DNA of 64,000 nt, counting the filler, from Pirum gemmata (Eukaryota): NCBI GenBank assembly GCA_002812295.1. It is 29 parts of 29 records of this genome, joined end to end, with 100 filler letters (N's around TTAATTAATTAA, not from the genome) between each part and the next. Parts side by side here need not be neighbours in the genome. Positions count along the whole stretch, not along the records: positions 14,800 to 16,770 come from PDIN01009424.1; positions 16,871 to 18,877 come from PDIN01009425.1; positions 18,978 to 20,938 come from PDIN01009426.1; positions 21,039 to 23,015 come from PDIN01009427.1; positions 23,116 to 24,938 come from PDIN01009428.1; positions 25,039 to 27,044 come from PDIN01009429.1; positions 27,145 to 29,150 come from PDIN01009430.1; 22 more parts are not named here. One strand, 5' to 3'. A program made the position numbers and the translations under genes. Position 1 is the first letter of the stretch; each line of letters opens with the position of its first letter. Shown one piece after another: positions 14,800 through 27,799 of this stretch. The notes beneath the pieces were generated by a model. The model saw only the letters and a list, made by a program, of their open reading frames with translations. It was not told the DNA's origin and ran no database searches.

Positions 14800-16540
14800 A
14801 CCCCTAACCCCTAACCCCTACCCGCTAACAGCTAACCCTAACCCCTAACCCTAACCCTAACCCTAACCCTAACACTAACTCTAACTCTAACCCTAACTCT
14901 AACCCTAAACCTAAACCCCTATCCCTACTCTGCCCCTTAACCCTAACCCCTATCCTATAGCTAGCCCATTACTCTAACCCCAAACCCAACACCAACCCTA
15001 TAGCTAACCCATTACCCTAACCTCCAACCCTAACCTTAACGCTAACCTTAACGCTAACGCTAACGCTAACCTTAACCCCAAACCTACCCCTACCCCTACC
15101 CTACCCCTTAACCCTAACCCCAACCCTATAGCTAGCTCATTACCCCAACCCCAAACCCAAACCCAACCCTATAACTAATCCATTACCCAGTAGTAGGTCA
15201 ACCTACATTATAGTAACATTATAGGAAAATAACAATAATTTTGGAAAAATACTACAACTTACCCCAACCCCAACCCTAACCTCAAACCCTAACCTTAACC
15301 CTAACCCTTAACCCTAACTCTAACCCTACCCTAATCCTGTAGCTAACTAATAACCAACGCTAACCCTAACCCTAACCCTAACCCATAACTGGTATGAGAT
15401 GCTCATATAAACAAGTGTGATTGATTATAATATGAATTTCGTAAACGTTTTTTGTGAACCTTTATTTCTTTGATAAGTTTAATATATATCAAATTTAATG
15501 AATAAACAAAAAAAAAAAACCCGAATTATTAAAATATACACAGTAGGGGTGAGATATCTGCTGGAACTTTTTTCGAACAGATGCTTATCGAGCCAACCTT
15601 AGTTCCGTGTTCCTTAGTAATAAAAGCAGTTAAATAGCTTAAAATAGTGAATCTAATTATAGTATATACCAATTAAAGTAATAATAATAACATTAATAGT
15701 AANATAAAATCGGAAAAGTTCCGGCAGCTGTTCGGTAATAATAAAATGACGTCATCTCACCCCTACTATATACACCCATTTTATTTTATCTAAATCGGTC
15801 TGTTTTATCATCATTTAATAATTCATAAAAGTCAATTTCAAAAGTTTCGAGTCATTAACTATTTGATTGGTTCAAAAATTGGTTTTCGTACTAAAAAGTT
15901 TCGAATCTGAACAAAATTCTGAATTACTAATTATTTCTTTGGGGGGCTAAGTTACCGGGACTGTAACCATAACCATAACCATAACCATAACCATAACCAT
16001 AACCATAACCCCCGACCCTATTAAACCCCAACCCCAACCCTTAACCCTAACCCTAACCCTAACCCTAACCCTTAACCCTAACCCTAAACCTAACCCTTAA
16101 CCCTAGCCCTAACCCTAACCCTTAACCCTAACCCTAACCCTAACCCTTAACACTAGCCCTAAACCTAACCCTAACCCTTAACCCTTAATCCTAACCCTAA
16201 CCCTAACCCTTAACCCTTAACCTTTAACCTTTAAGCCTTAAGCCTTAACTCCTAACCCTTACCCTAACCCTTAACTCGTAACCCTTACCCTAACCCTTAA
16301 CTCTTAACCCTTACCCTAACCCTAATCCTTAACCCTAACCCTACCCTAACCCTAGCCCTAACCCTAACCCTAACCCTAAAACCCTAACCTTTAACCCTAA
16401 CCTTTAACCCTAACCCTTAACCCTAACCCTTAACCATAACCATCAACATAACCCTAACCCAAACCCTAACCCAAACCGTAACTCTAACCCTAACCCTAAC
16501 CCTAACCCTAACCCTAACCCTAACCCTAACCCTAACCCAA
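14800..16540 (+). repeat. Degenerate (CCCTAA)n arrays (14800-15390 and 15965-16540)
   Basis: CCCTAA with CCCTTAA, GCTAAC and CCATAA variants. Confidence 0.9.
15541..15768 (+). mobile_element. MITE family C (~230 bp, TIR CAGTAGGGGTGAGAT), Tc1/mariner-like
   Basis: The ends CAGTAGGGGTGAGAT...ATCTCACCCCTACT are inverted repeats. Two more copies occur in reverse orientation. Confidence 0.85.
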
Positions 16541-16596
16541 TAATTAATTACAAATTATTTGTGTTTGTTAATCTTTGTTGTTGTTGCTGTTGTTAG

Positions 16597-16663
16597 AGAG
16601 GATCATCCATTCTCTACCACAGCTGATGAAATGCGGTACGAGTGCCGAAGATATTTTGATGAG
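16597..16663 (+). CDS. Isolated small exon, unknown protein
   Basis: Bounded by AG and GTCAGT. It reads EDHPFSTTADEMRYECRRYFDE in one frame. Confidence 0.3.
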
Positions 16664-16701
16664 GTCAGTGTTCTGTGATAATTGTTATTGTTATTATTGT
16701 T

Positions 16702-16762
<61 letters not shown>

Positions 16763-17315
16763 TTGTTGCTNNNNNNNNNNNNNNNNNNNNNNNNNNNNNN
16801 NNNNNNNNNNNNNNTTAATTAATTAANNNNNNNNNNNNNNNNNNNNNNNNNNNNNNNNNNNNNNNNNNNNCTTAAAATTTAAGAATTAAATTTATTAATA
16901 AAAAGCGCTATTAAATTTGCTTATTATAGCAGTGTATTCTTACAATAGAAGTATTATAGAAGTTATAGACCAACCCAGTAGTAAGCTCGAGCTAGACCAT
17001 AGACTAATTGAGACTAATTGCTAGTAATTGGTCTATCTGGACATTGAAAAAATTGAAAAGTAAAATAACATAGTAATAACATCGGCAAATGAAATTCTGC
17101 CATTGATTTTTCTTACATTTTTTTTATCATATTTTTTATACTTTTTTTATTATAAAATTATTTTTTGGATGGGGTTGGTTAGGGTTGGTTCAGGGCCTTC
17201 AGGCCTGTTGGTTCGTTCCATTACACTATGATAAAACGAACTGATAACGAGTTAAAAAATTTTTTTGAACTTCCCTTGATTAAACTTCCAATTAATCGTG
17301 CAAACAATCAAAAAA

Positions 17316-17548
17316 CAGTGGGGTGAGATGACGTCATTTTATTATTACCGAGCAGCTGCCAGAACTTTTCCGATTTTAAGGTTTTTATTACTATTAATGT
17401 TAATATTATTACTGTAATTGGTATCTACTATAATTATATTTACTATTTTAAGCTATTTAACTGCTATTTTTAGTAAAGAACACGGAACTAAAGTTGGCTC
17501 GATAAGCATCTGTTCGAAGAAAGTTCCAGTAGATATCTCACCCCTACT
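17316..17548 (-). mobile_element. MITE family C copy
   Basis: Reverse-complement match to 15541-15768. Confidence 0.85.
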
Positions 17549-19519
17549 CAAAAAACTTCCTACTTTTTTTATTAGTTAAAAAAAGTCCCATCTTTTTTTA
17601 TAAATATTCAAGCTTGTTTGCACCATAATAAATAGCAAATATCCACTATTTCGTATCCCAATTATCCTTTCTTTTTTATTTGGTACCATTTAATTGTATG
17701 ATTGAACTTATTTATAAAATAAAACATTACTTTATAAGTTTCGAATTAAATAAAAAATGTCCGATTAAGTATAATTTGGTATGAGAATAATAAAATAAGT
17801 ATTCATAGATTATGTATTAATATAATGTGAATGTTTTAATAGTTGTTAACATCACTATCATAATTATTTTATATAATATCATTGCGTATTAATACACATA
17901 ATTATAATGACAGGATTATAGGGATAATGGTAATGATAATAATATTATTAATTACAATGATCATGACAACTTTAATTAACGATAAAATTATTTAGTTATA
18001 TATATAATTATAATAATAAAACACAATAATTTACAATGATAATGATAGTGATGATATAACACTATCAATGATAATAAAATATAAAACATAAACACAATAT
18101 AAGTATATACATATTACGTAAGTTACATAATACTGAAAATATTAATTTATCGATACAATATAAAGAAAAAAATGTCAATTTCATTATACTTGTTCTCTCT
18201 ATCTTTTATTTGGTACCGTTTAATTGTATAATTGAACTTGTTTATAAATACAACATTATTTTATAAAGTATCAAAATAATTAAAACATATCCGATTAAGT
18301 ATAATTTGGTGCGCTTATTTCAGTTTTTGAACTGGGCAACACAATAAATATAGCTATAAATATCATAGACCCCCTTAGCTAGCTAGTCTAGTCTTTAGAA
18401 AAATTTTAAAATAAAAAAAATATCAAAGATAAAAAAAAATAAGAAAACTTCTAAAATAAGAAATAAGGAATAACCCTGGAAAGATTATTATTTAAAAAAT
18501 AATTATTTTTCTATTGCTGGCTGGTATCGTCCTTTTCAGTTTAATATTTTGTCGTCAAATTAATACAATATAAATCCATTTCATTTAATTTGATATATTT
18601 TATTATATACTTACTTATTTAAAGTATCAATTTAAATATTATAAACAACCAAATAAATGAAAATCACATTATTTTAAAAAATAATAAAGTAATATCATAC
18701 CGGGTATCGTACTAAGTAGAGAAGGAGTTCCAAAAAATAAAAAAAAATTTGAACTCCTTGGGAGATTATTTATTGTATCGTCTATTTCATTACCGTTGTC
18801 CTTTCTATCTTTAATTTGGTACCGTTCAATTGTATAATTGAACTTTTTTATAATTATAAAATTACTATATAAAATATNNNNNNNNNNNNNNNNNNNNNNN
18901 NNNNNNNNNNNNNNNNNNNNNTTAATTAATTAANNNNNNNNNNNNNNNNNNNNNNNNNNNNNNNNNNNNNNNNNNNNATTAAATGGATTTATATTGTATT
19001 AATTTGGTCCAGTTTATTGTATATTTAAATTTTATGATAACAAAACAGCCTGAGACAAAACAGCTGAAAAGCACTAGACTATATAATCAAATAGTAATCA
19101 AATCTTACAAATGAGACATTTCTGTCTATGGTCGACATATCTATAGTAACTTTTTTTTTGGAGAGAAATAATTATTATTATTATTATTATTATTTTTTAA
19201 AACTGTAGAAATCATTTTTTTTGGACTTCTAGTAGTGATTCTTCGAATTCGAATTGTATTTTTGATTATTATAACACTATTACCGGTATTATAACACTAT
19301 TATATTATCATAGCTTTTTCCTATTCAATATTGTTATCAATTTTCCATATATTAAATTTTGTTTGGCTAATTTTATCTTGCTTTATCTGATAATTTAACT
19401 TTTATTATGATATATTGATCTTGGTCTTGGAGGTTAGGAATAGCAGTAATAGTAGTGCTGGGGGAAGATTGGGGAAATACTTTATCAAAAAAATCATAAA
19501 TAATATTAATATTATATTA

Positions 19520-19663
19520 GTGCTTTTCAGTTGTTTTGTAAATCCATTTAATTTAATTTGGTATATTTTATTATCTATTTATTGATTTAAAAATGTCAAT
19601 TTAAAGATTATAACCCTCCAAATAAATATTCAGAGAGTGACAAAATAATTGAAAAGCACAATA
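19520..19663 (+). mobile_element. MITE family A copy (deleted)
   Basis: GTGCTTTTCAG...TGAAAAGCACAATA. Confidence 0.75.
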
Positions 19664-20017
19664 ATATTTAATTTGGAATGATAATGAATCTTATGATAAT
19701 ATTATGTTGATTGTGGGCTATTGGTTTTGGGTAAAGACAGTGAAGACTGGGGTAAGACAATCGAAAAATTCATAAATAATATTATACTTTGAAATAATTA
19801 ATTAATGGTTATGAATCTTATATTATGTTGATTGAGTACTGTTAGTAATTTCATATTATGAATATAAATAAAATTACACAATATACGAATTGGTATTGTG
19901 TATAGCAGTAGTATAGCAGTAATGTTATGTTTATTATTTATATTGTAGAATATTGTAGAATAAATAATGCTTTGATTGGTGATTGTGAATTTATGAGAAT
20001 AGAAAACTGAGTTTAGT

Positions 20018-20249
20018 TAGTAGGGTGAGATAACGTCATTTTATTATTACCGAACAGCTGCCGGAACTTTTCCGATTTTATGATTTTTATTACTATTAAT
20101 GTTAATATTACTACTTTACTTAGTATCTACTAAATTATATTTACTATTTTAAGTTATTTAACTGTTATTATTAGTAAAAACACGGAACTAAGGTTGGCTC
20201 GATAAGCATCTGTTCGAAAAAAGTTCCAGTAGATATCTCACCCCTACTG
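20018..20249 (-). mobile_element. MITE family C copy
   Basis: Reverse-complement match to 15541-15768. Confidence 0.85.
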
Positions 20250-20279
20250 TTTAGTTGTAGTATTTATCATCAGTAGTAT

Positions 20280-20378
20280 TCACGTGATAGTTTAGGTAGG
20301 TAGGTGGTATTTGACCGGAAATTAACGTCAAGGGGTAGGTAGGCAGGTGTATTTGAAGCTGTATTTGACGCTCCCTAA
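20280..20378 (+). mobile_element. MITE family D partial copy
   Basis: GGTAGGTAGGTGGTATTTGACCGGAAATTAACGT...TTGAAGCTGTATTTGAC is the reverse complement of the core at 45009-45146 and 54580-54717. Confidence 0.7.
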
Positions 20379-21501
20379 TTTAGTCAGATCTTTTCACTTG
20401 GTTTTTGTCCTCACTCCTGGGCAAAGTTCTGGCCAATAATTTTTCTAGCCTTAGGCTCGATATTCGATTTTTTTTATTTTATGGCCGATAATTTTTCTAG
20501 CCTTAGGCTCGATATTCGATTTTTTTTTATTTTTCTTGATTTATTTTTTATCTTTGTATGACAGGGGGCTGTGACAGGGGGTCTAGCTAGCTAGCTATCG
20601 GATAGGTATTGATTTGATTGGGTTGGGTTCGAGCAAAAAAAAAAAAAATTGAAAAAAATTTGAGAGAAAAAGGGCTTTTATTTTGTCAATCGAAATATTT
20701 ATTTGGTTTGTTATGATATTTAATTTGACTTTTTTAAATAAATAAATAGATAATAAAATATACCAAATTAAATAAAACTCCTTTATATTGTTTTAATTTG
20801 GTATTTTTTAGAGCCTCGGAGAAAATTAAAAAAAAAACCGAGAAAAACCTAAACTATGAATGATGATCGGGGCCGAGGAATGATGATGATATGTAGGAAA
20901 AAAACTGAAAAAAAAACTGTAAAAAAAAAAAAAAAAAANNNNNNNNNNNNNNNNNNNNNNNNNNNNNNNNNNNNNNNNNNNNTTAATTAATTAANNNNNN
21001 NNNNNNNNNNNNNNNNNNNNNNNNNNNNNNNNNNNNNNTAAAGTATGATAGTCCACAAAATGGAATTATCATGCAATCATGGAATGAACGGGATTTAAAC
21101 AATAATTGGTTTTAAACTTAGTAAAGAAAAGGAACAAATATTTAGCTCACCAACACAAGCAACTTAAAGAATTTAGTTTTAAAATTTTATTGAGATCAAT
21201 AAACATGTAAATTTTGTGGAAAAGAACTTAAATTTACACCTAATTTTGAAAGCGATAGAACGTGTAACTATTTTAAAACTCCAGAATATTAATTTAAGTG
21301 CAAAGTTAGTAGGTTTTGGAAACGAACAAATGCAACCAGGAAAAGTTAAATTTTTAATAATCCGCTATGTTTAATTATCCTATATATAATATTACAACCC
21401 AATTTATATTGCTCCAAATTTTGAACTTATTTGTAGGATTTTTAAATTTGAATTGTGTAATGTAGAACAAAGATTTTGTAAAAAAATCCATAACGAGAAC
21501 T

Positions 21502-21602
21502 ATAACGAGGTTTTCATTTTATTCCTCCGTAAATTTATTTAAAATTTTTAAAAATAAATGTTTTTGAATCAAAAAAAAAAAATAAAATGAAAACCTCGTT
21601 AT
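21502..21602. repeat. 22-bp perfect inverted repeat around an A/T spacer (mini-MITE candidate)
   Basis: ATAACGAGGTTTTCATTTTATT ... AATAAAATGAAAACCTCGTTAT. Confidence 0.7.
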
Positions 21603-21809
21603 TCGAATTTCTTTTTTTGATTCACAGGTGGAAATTATTGGAAAACCCCGTCTAGTTGTTATTGGGACAACGATATTTGGACTTTTATGTTGTATTTACA
21701 GACGGTCTTTGTCTTGGTTGGGGCCACCTTTGGGGCGCACTATAGTTCCCTTATTTGGATCCAATATTTCAAGTCTAAATTTAACTATAAAGTATGACAT
21801 TCAGTGATA

Positions 21810-21882
21810 TCCTCATTGGTCTAGTGGTTTAGGATTTTCGACTTTCACTCGGAAGGCCAGGGTTCGATTCCCTGATGAGGAG
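21810..21882 (+). tRNA. tRNA-Glu (anticodon TTC)
   Basis: Acceptor stem TCCTCAT/ATGAGGA, anticodon arm TTCGA-CTTTCAC-TCGGA, T arm CAGGG-TTCGATT-CCCTG, no encoded CCA. Confidence 0.93.
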
Positions 21883-22001
21883 TCTTTACTAGCTAGCGGG
21901 AAAGCTGACTTTTGGTCACTCCAACCCCCCCAACAAGTAGTTTAGTAGTAATCAAAGACCAATTCAGCTCTATCTACTATAGATTGTAGATGTCTATTAG
22001 T

Positions 22002-22167
22002 TATCGTCTATTTCATCAGAGTTATCCTCTCAATCTTTAATTTGGTAATGTTTAAGTGTATAATTGAACTTTTTTATAACATACAACATTAAGTATAAAA
22101 CACAGTAAATTAATTAAAGCATATCTGATAGTTGAGGCATAATAATAAGGACGACACTATTGAAAAC
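22002..22167 (+). mobile_element. MITE family B copy
   Basis: Starts TATCGTCTATTTCAT and ends ACACTATTGAAAA. Confidence 0.7.
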
Positions 22168-22569
22168 CCCAATAGGTTCCTCGGGGCTACATACACTATG
22201 GGGCTTTTAAAACACATAATGGACGAACTCAAAAGACTTAGTTTTTATAATCAACCACTACAAGAATATCATTATTAGCGTATATTTGACAATACACCTA
22301 TCAATATACAGTCTGTGAAATATCTGAAACAGTCGTTTAGTCCAATATTTAATTAATAAATTTGTTTGATTGTTAGTAAATTATTAGGTATTATTAGACA
22401 AGTTTTTTGACAGTTTTTTGCATATTTTTTAATAAATTTCTGTAGAGTAATAATAATCGTCATCATCATCATCATCATCTATATAATAATACTACCCGGT
22501 AGTAGTAGCTATATAGTAATAGTAGTAGTATATAGCAGTGTAGTAGTGTGTATAGTAGTAGTACTAGTA

Positions 22570-22630
<61 letters not shown>

Positions 22631-22982
22631 GAGTAGGAGTAGTAGAAGGTTAGTATAGTAGCTATAGTAGTAGTAGCAGTAGTAGTACAGTGTTATTAGT
22701 AGACAGTAGTGGTAATAATAATAATAAGTAATAATAATAATAATAATAGTAGTATTAATAGTAGTAGTAGTAGTAGTAGTAGTAGCTATAGTAGTAGTAG
22801 TAGTAGTAATTTGTTGATGAATACTGTGACAAGTTTTGTTCGTCTTGTGTTTGGGCAGTTTTTGTTATTGGTTAATTAAAAAGTTATTACACCAGGTTTT
22901 AAAATTACTTCAAAATAAGGTCTTGGTATTTTAAATAAAAGAAAAAAATAAAGAAATATATTTTTCATAAGTTTTATTGTTC

Positions 22983-23015
<33 letters not shown>

Positions 23016-23115
23016 NNNNNNNNNNNNNNNNNNNNNNNNNNNNNNNNNNNNNNNNNNNNTTAATTAATTAANNNNNNNNNNNNNNNNNNNNNNNNNNNNN
23101 NNNNNNNNNNNNNNN

Positions 23116-23520
23116 AACCCTAACCCTAACCCTAACCCTAACTAACCCTGACCCTGACCCTAACCCTAAACTTAACCTTAACCCTAATTATAACCCTAAC
23201 CCTAACCCAAAATAAATTAAAAATTAATAATAACAAATTTAAAAGTAAATAATTCATAACCCCGGCTACCCCAACCCCAACCCTAACCCTAACCCCACCT
23301 AAACCTTAACCTAATTCCTAACCCTAATTATAACCTTCTAACCCTAATTATAACCCTGCCATTAATTATTCCCTTTCCCTAAAAATAACTGTTATAATAA
23401 CCCTGATCTTAATTAAAACCCTAACCCTAACCCTAACCCTAACCCTAACCCTAACCCTAACCCTAACCCTAACCCTAACCCTAACCCTAACCCTAACCCT
23501 AACCCTAACCCTAACCATAA
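23116..23520 (+). repeat. (CCCTAA)n telomere-like arrays
   Basis: Near-perfect run at ~23417-23515. Further arrays at 24507-24938. Confidence 0.9.
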
Positions 23521-23692
23521 CTCTATATATTATATGCATATGGTTACAACGTATTCTAAAAACCCTAAGTCTCTACCCCCCTACGCCTAACCATGAAACA
23601 ACAACAACAACAACAACTACTACTACTACTACTACTACTACTACAACGTTAACAATAATAACAACAACAACTACTACTACTACTACTACTAC

Positions 23693-24371
23693 TATCGTGC
23701 TTTTCAGTTTTTTTGTCATAATAAAATATACAATAAAAAATACCAAATTAATACTATATAAATCCATTTAATTTAATTTGGTATATTTTATTATCTATTT
23801 ATTCATTTAAAAATGTCAATTTAAAAGTTATAACCCTCCAAATAAATATTCAGAGTGACAAAATAAAATGAAAAGCAAATGACCCTAGCCTAGCTAGACC
23901 CCTCTGTGTAGTGACGTCATATCAACTCTCGTTACACTCAAACCCAAAATTTATTTATTGAGAAAGTCTAAAAACGTCACCAAAAAAAAAGGGAACCTAG
24001 ACTAGACTAATAGTTCAGTTGTTGTTTTGTCATCATAAAATATAAAATAAATAGTACCAAATTAATACAATGTAAATCCAATTTATTTAATTTGGTATAT
24101 TTTATTATATATTTATTTATTTAAAAGTATCAATTTAAATATTATAACCAACCAAATAAATATTCGNNNNNNNNNNNNNNNNNNNNNNNNNNNNNNNNNN
24201 NNNNNNNNNNNNNNNNNNNNNNNNNNNNNNNNNNAATATTTAAATTGATACTTTTAAATAAATAAATATATAATAAAATATACCAAATTAAATGAAATGG
24301 ATTTATATAGTATTAATTTGGTACTATTTATTGTATATTTTATGACGATAAAATAATTGAAAAGCACGATA
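23693..24371. mobile_element. Cluster of three MITE family A copies
   Basis: Copies at 23693-23877 (+), ~24013-24166 (+) and 24235-24371 (-). Confidence 0.75.
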
Positions 24372-25086
24372 AAGGTTATAAATAATTATAACATGTAAAA
24401 CCCACTAAACAAACATTTAGAACTATTCAGAATTTCAGGGTGGTTTGGACGAGAACGTTGTATTGATAGATTAATTAGTTTTCATGTATACAGTATAGTA
24501 GTATACTTAACCCTAACCCTATTCTAAACCCTAATCCTAACCCTAACCCTCTTTTAATAAACCCTAATCCTAACCCTAACCAGTTACCCTATCCCTAACC
24601 TAAACTTAGCCCTAACGCTAACGCTAACGCTAACGCTAACGCTAATTTATAACCCTAACCCTAATTTATAACCCTAACCCTAACCCTAACCCTAACAGTC
24701 CTAACCCTAACCCACACACCATGGCCCCTTCAACCATAGCCAATTAAACACATCAAAATATAAAATCGGCTAACATTCTCATTAGTCTAACTAAAAATTT
24801 AGTGTATACCTAACCCTAACCCTGACATACCCTAACCCTAACATACCCTAACCCTATTTTAAACCCTAACCCTAACCCAACCCTAACCCCTACCCTAACC
24901 CTAACCTAACCCTAACCCTAACCCTAACCCTAACCCTANNNNNNNNNNNNNNNNNNNNNNNNNNNNNNNNNNNNNNNNNNNNTTAATTAATTAANNNNNN
25001 NNNNNNNNNNNNNNNNNNNNNNNNNNNNNNNNNNNNNNTTATTATTATTATTATTGCTTCTAAATGAGTTTGTATTTTCATTCTAG

Positions 25087-25218
25087 GCCAGAACAACCTT
25101 AGGAATCAAAGTTGTTGGTGATTTAGTTAATATTGAAGTGGAGTCCACTACCAAAATTATAGTAGAGACTATGAAGTCTATCCTGCCTAGTATGTTAGAA
25201 AATTATATGAAAAAGTAG
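25087..25218 (+). CDS. Riboflavin synthase (alpha chain), terminal exon
   Basis: After a TAG acceptor: ARTTLGIKVVGDLVNIEVESTTKIIVETMKSIL...*. Compare the recalled E. coli RibC C-terminus [32 protein letters not shown]. Confidence 0.8.
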   Translation, partial: ARTTLGIKVVGDLVNIEVESTTKIIVETMKSILPSMLENYMKK

Positions 25219-25379
25219 GACAGGTGGTTAAATATATTTTGGAAGGTTTAATTTTATGAATCAAGTCATGTTTTCTTTATCTACAAGGGAAGGTTGGTGA
25301 ATATTTATTAATTTTGTTTTTTTCTGAAGAGAAATTTTATTTAAAAAAATTACAGTTATCCTCGAACGAAGAGAGGGGT

Positions 25380-25645
25380 GACTGTAAGTTACAAAATAAA
25401 AGTTGTAGAACCTGAAGGAACTATTATAAGTTAAAGTAAAAAAATGGCACCTTTGCAAAAGCTAGGAAACCGGTTGAAAATGTTATAAATAGAAACAAAA
25501 TCAGTTGAAATATTTTGGTTGAAATAAATGTTATAGAACCTGAAGGAACTATTAAAAATGGTATCTTTTGCAAAAAAGCTAGGGGACCGGTTGAAAATTG
25601 TACAAATAGTACAAAATCAGTTGAAATAATTTGGTTGAAAATAGT
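25380..25645 (+). repeat. Two-copy ~145-bp tandem duplication
   Basis: TAGAACCTGAAGGAACTATTA...CCGGTTGAAAAT...AAAATCAGTTGAAAT occurs twice. Confidence 0.8.
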
Positions 25646-27163
25646 TATAATAATCTTTTTTTTGAAAATTATCATTATTGTTTTGGTTATTTGGGGTTTT
25701 TTGATGTTGGTATTCGCTAGATTTAATTCGTGGGTTATTGCCAATGGGATTTGATGTTTAGAGAGTGTTTTGGTCGGTGGTTTGTAGTTTGCTGTTCTTT
25801 TGTTGCTTTTTCAAATTTTTAGGGCTAGTTTATGATTTCTAGGGGAAAAAGTTTCTTACAAATTTTTCCTTCGTGGTCCCATGTGTATAGCTCGTAAAAA
25901 GGTGTTGGATTTGTTGCCGAAGAAGCTTGGGGGGTGTTGATATTTCTTTTTCCATCTTTATCATAGATGTATGGTTTATGTTGTTCAAAGATTTTAAAAA
26001 AATGGAGTTTTTGGTCGTAATGTGTTGGGGTTTCGGGGAGTTGTTTGGGTGGTGTTGGTTTTGTTGTTGGTGGTGATGGTTTTGTTGATGTTGGTGATGG
26101 TTTTGTTGATGATGATGGTGATGATGGTGATGTGAATGATTTTGATTTTGGTGTTGTTTGTTGATTTTCTGATGTTTTAAGGAATGTTGGTAGTAAATTT
26201 TGTTCAGTTGGGTTGTTTGTTGTTTTTTTGTGTGGTTTATTAGGTGTGGTGAATGAGGATTGATTTTGTGCTGTAGATTTTTAAGTTCGGCATGGACCTT
26301 TGTAAGGGCGAATTTGTTGCATTTTCGGTGATATGTGTTACGTCCTGGGACACAGAAAGTAATTATAAAGAATGAGAAATGTTGTTGGCGTTGACTTCTA
26401 GAGTTTCTGGAATGTGTTTTTATATTTGTTCCTGAGTTTTCAGGATCGATGAAGACATGTACCGTTTTTTTGTTTTGGTATTGTGTGATATTGTTGTAGG
26501 TGTTCTTTTGAAATTCTCGTTGAGTGTTGACTACGTTGAAGCCCAGTTGTTCAAATACTTTCCAATAAAAAGTGTCATTGTTGTGCCAGTCATTGAGGCA
26601 AGTTATTTTTATTATTAATTATAATTATTAATTATAATTATTATTAATTATAATTATTATTAATTATAATTATTATTAATTATAATTATTATTAATTATT
26701 AATTATTGTTATTATTAATTGACGTCACATATATGTTAAAGTGTAACTTTCCAAAACCCAAAATGAAAAATGGGATGTTATAATTGTTTCGAACAAATTG
26801 AATAAAATTATTAACAAGTTTGTAGAAGGTTTACATACAATTCTTCTTTTTCCACCAAGCCAAGAACTGGGGCACTATATATATATATCATTCGATATCA
26901 AAATGATATAATATATCCACAACCGCTCAAACCCCTTGACCATCAACCAAAACAGTAACGACCACACAAACTAGCTCGGGCATATATTGGGCACACCCAA
27001 GTTGCCGTCAAAAGTCTCGTTATTATTGTTATTTATAATTATTTNNNNNNNNNNNNNNNNNNNNNNNNNNNNNNNNNNNNNNNNNNNNTTAATTAATTAA
27101 NNNNNNNNNNNNNNNNNNNNNNNNNNNNNNNNNNNNNNNNNNNNTTATTATTATTATTTACAG

Positions 27164-27799
27164 GTGCTCATGACAGTGTTGGTGGGCAAAGTACGAAAAC
27201 TTTAGAAAATAATGGTTTTTCGTTTACAGGTATATGTTTGTGTTTGTGTTTGTATGTGTGTTGGTGTTGGTTGGTGTTGGTGTCGGTTGGTGTTGGCGTT
27301 GGTGTTGGTGTTGGCGTTGATGTTGATGTTGATGTTGGTGTTGAAAGGTAGCATTTTTATTTATTTAATTTGTTTGTTTAGAAAAATCAAAATGAATATG
27401 AAATTGTACTAAAAATTCAATTCATTATAGCAAATATACAAAAAAGGTAAATGTTATGGTTATAGTTATATCCATTGTTGTTTTTGGTAATTTTATCTTA
27501 TTTATACAGAAAACTTAAATTATTAGAAAAATTAAATAATTATGAATTTGTATTAAAACATTAACTAATTATAACAAAATACAAAAGGGATAGCTAAATC
27601 TTGTGGTTATACCGATGCTTTTGTGGCGTCGACGACGGAGGCGATACTTGAAAAGCTTAACTTATTGAAGTCTTGTCAAGGCCCAGCTCTATTAGAGATT
27701 CAGGTTAATACGGGGTCAAGGAAAAACCTAGGCCGACCAACCCGTACAACTATCGAAAACAAGAAAGATTTTATGGATTTTTTGCAAAAAGAAAGCTAA
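27164..27799 (+). CDS. ppd: Phosphonopyruvate decarboxylase (ThDP enzyme), last two exons
   Basis: Exons 27164-27229 (GAHDSVGGQST...FSFT) and 27588-27799 (GIAKSCGY...GPALLEIQVNTGSRKNLGRPTRTTIENKKDFMDFL) join in phase. GAHDSVGGQ and GsRk.LGRP are Ppd/AepY hallmarks. Confidence 0.9.

Noticed and set aside
27382..27446. Extra exon within the Ppd gene
   Set aside because: Its phase is incompatible, and direct splicing 27229 to 27588 already yields the expected FTGIAKSCGY.
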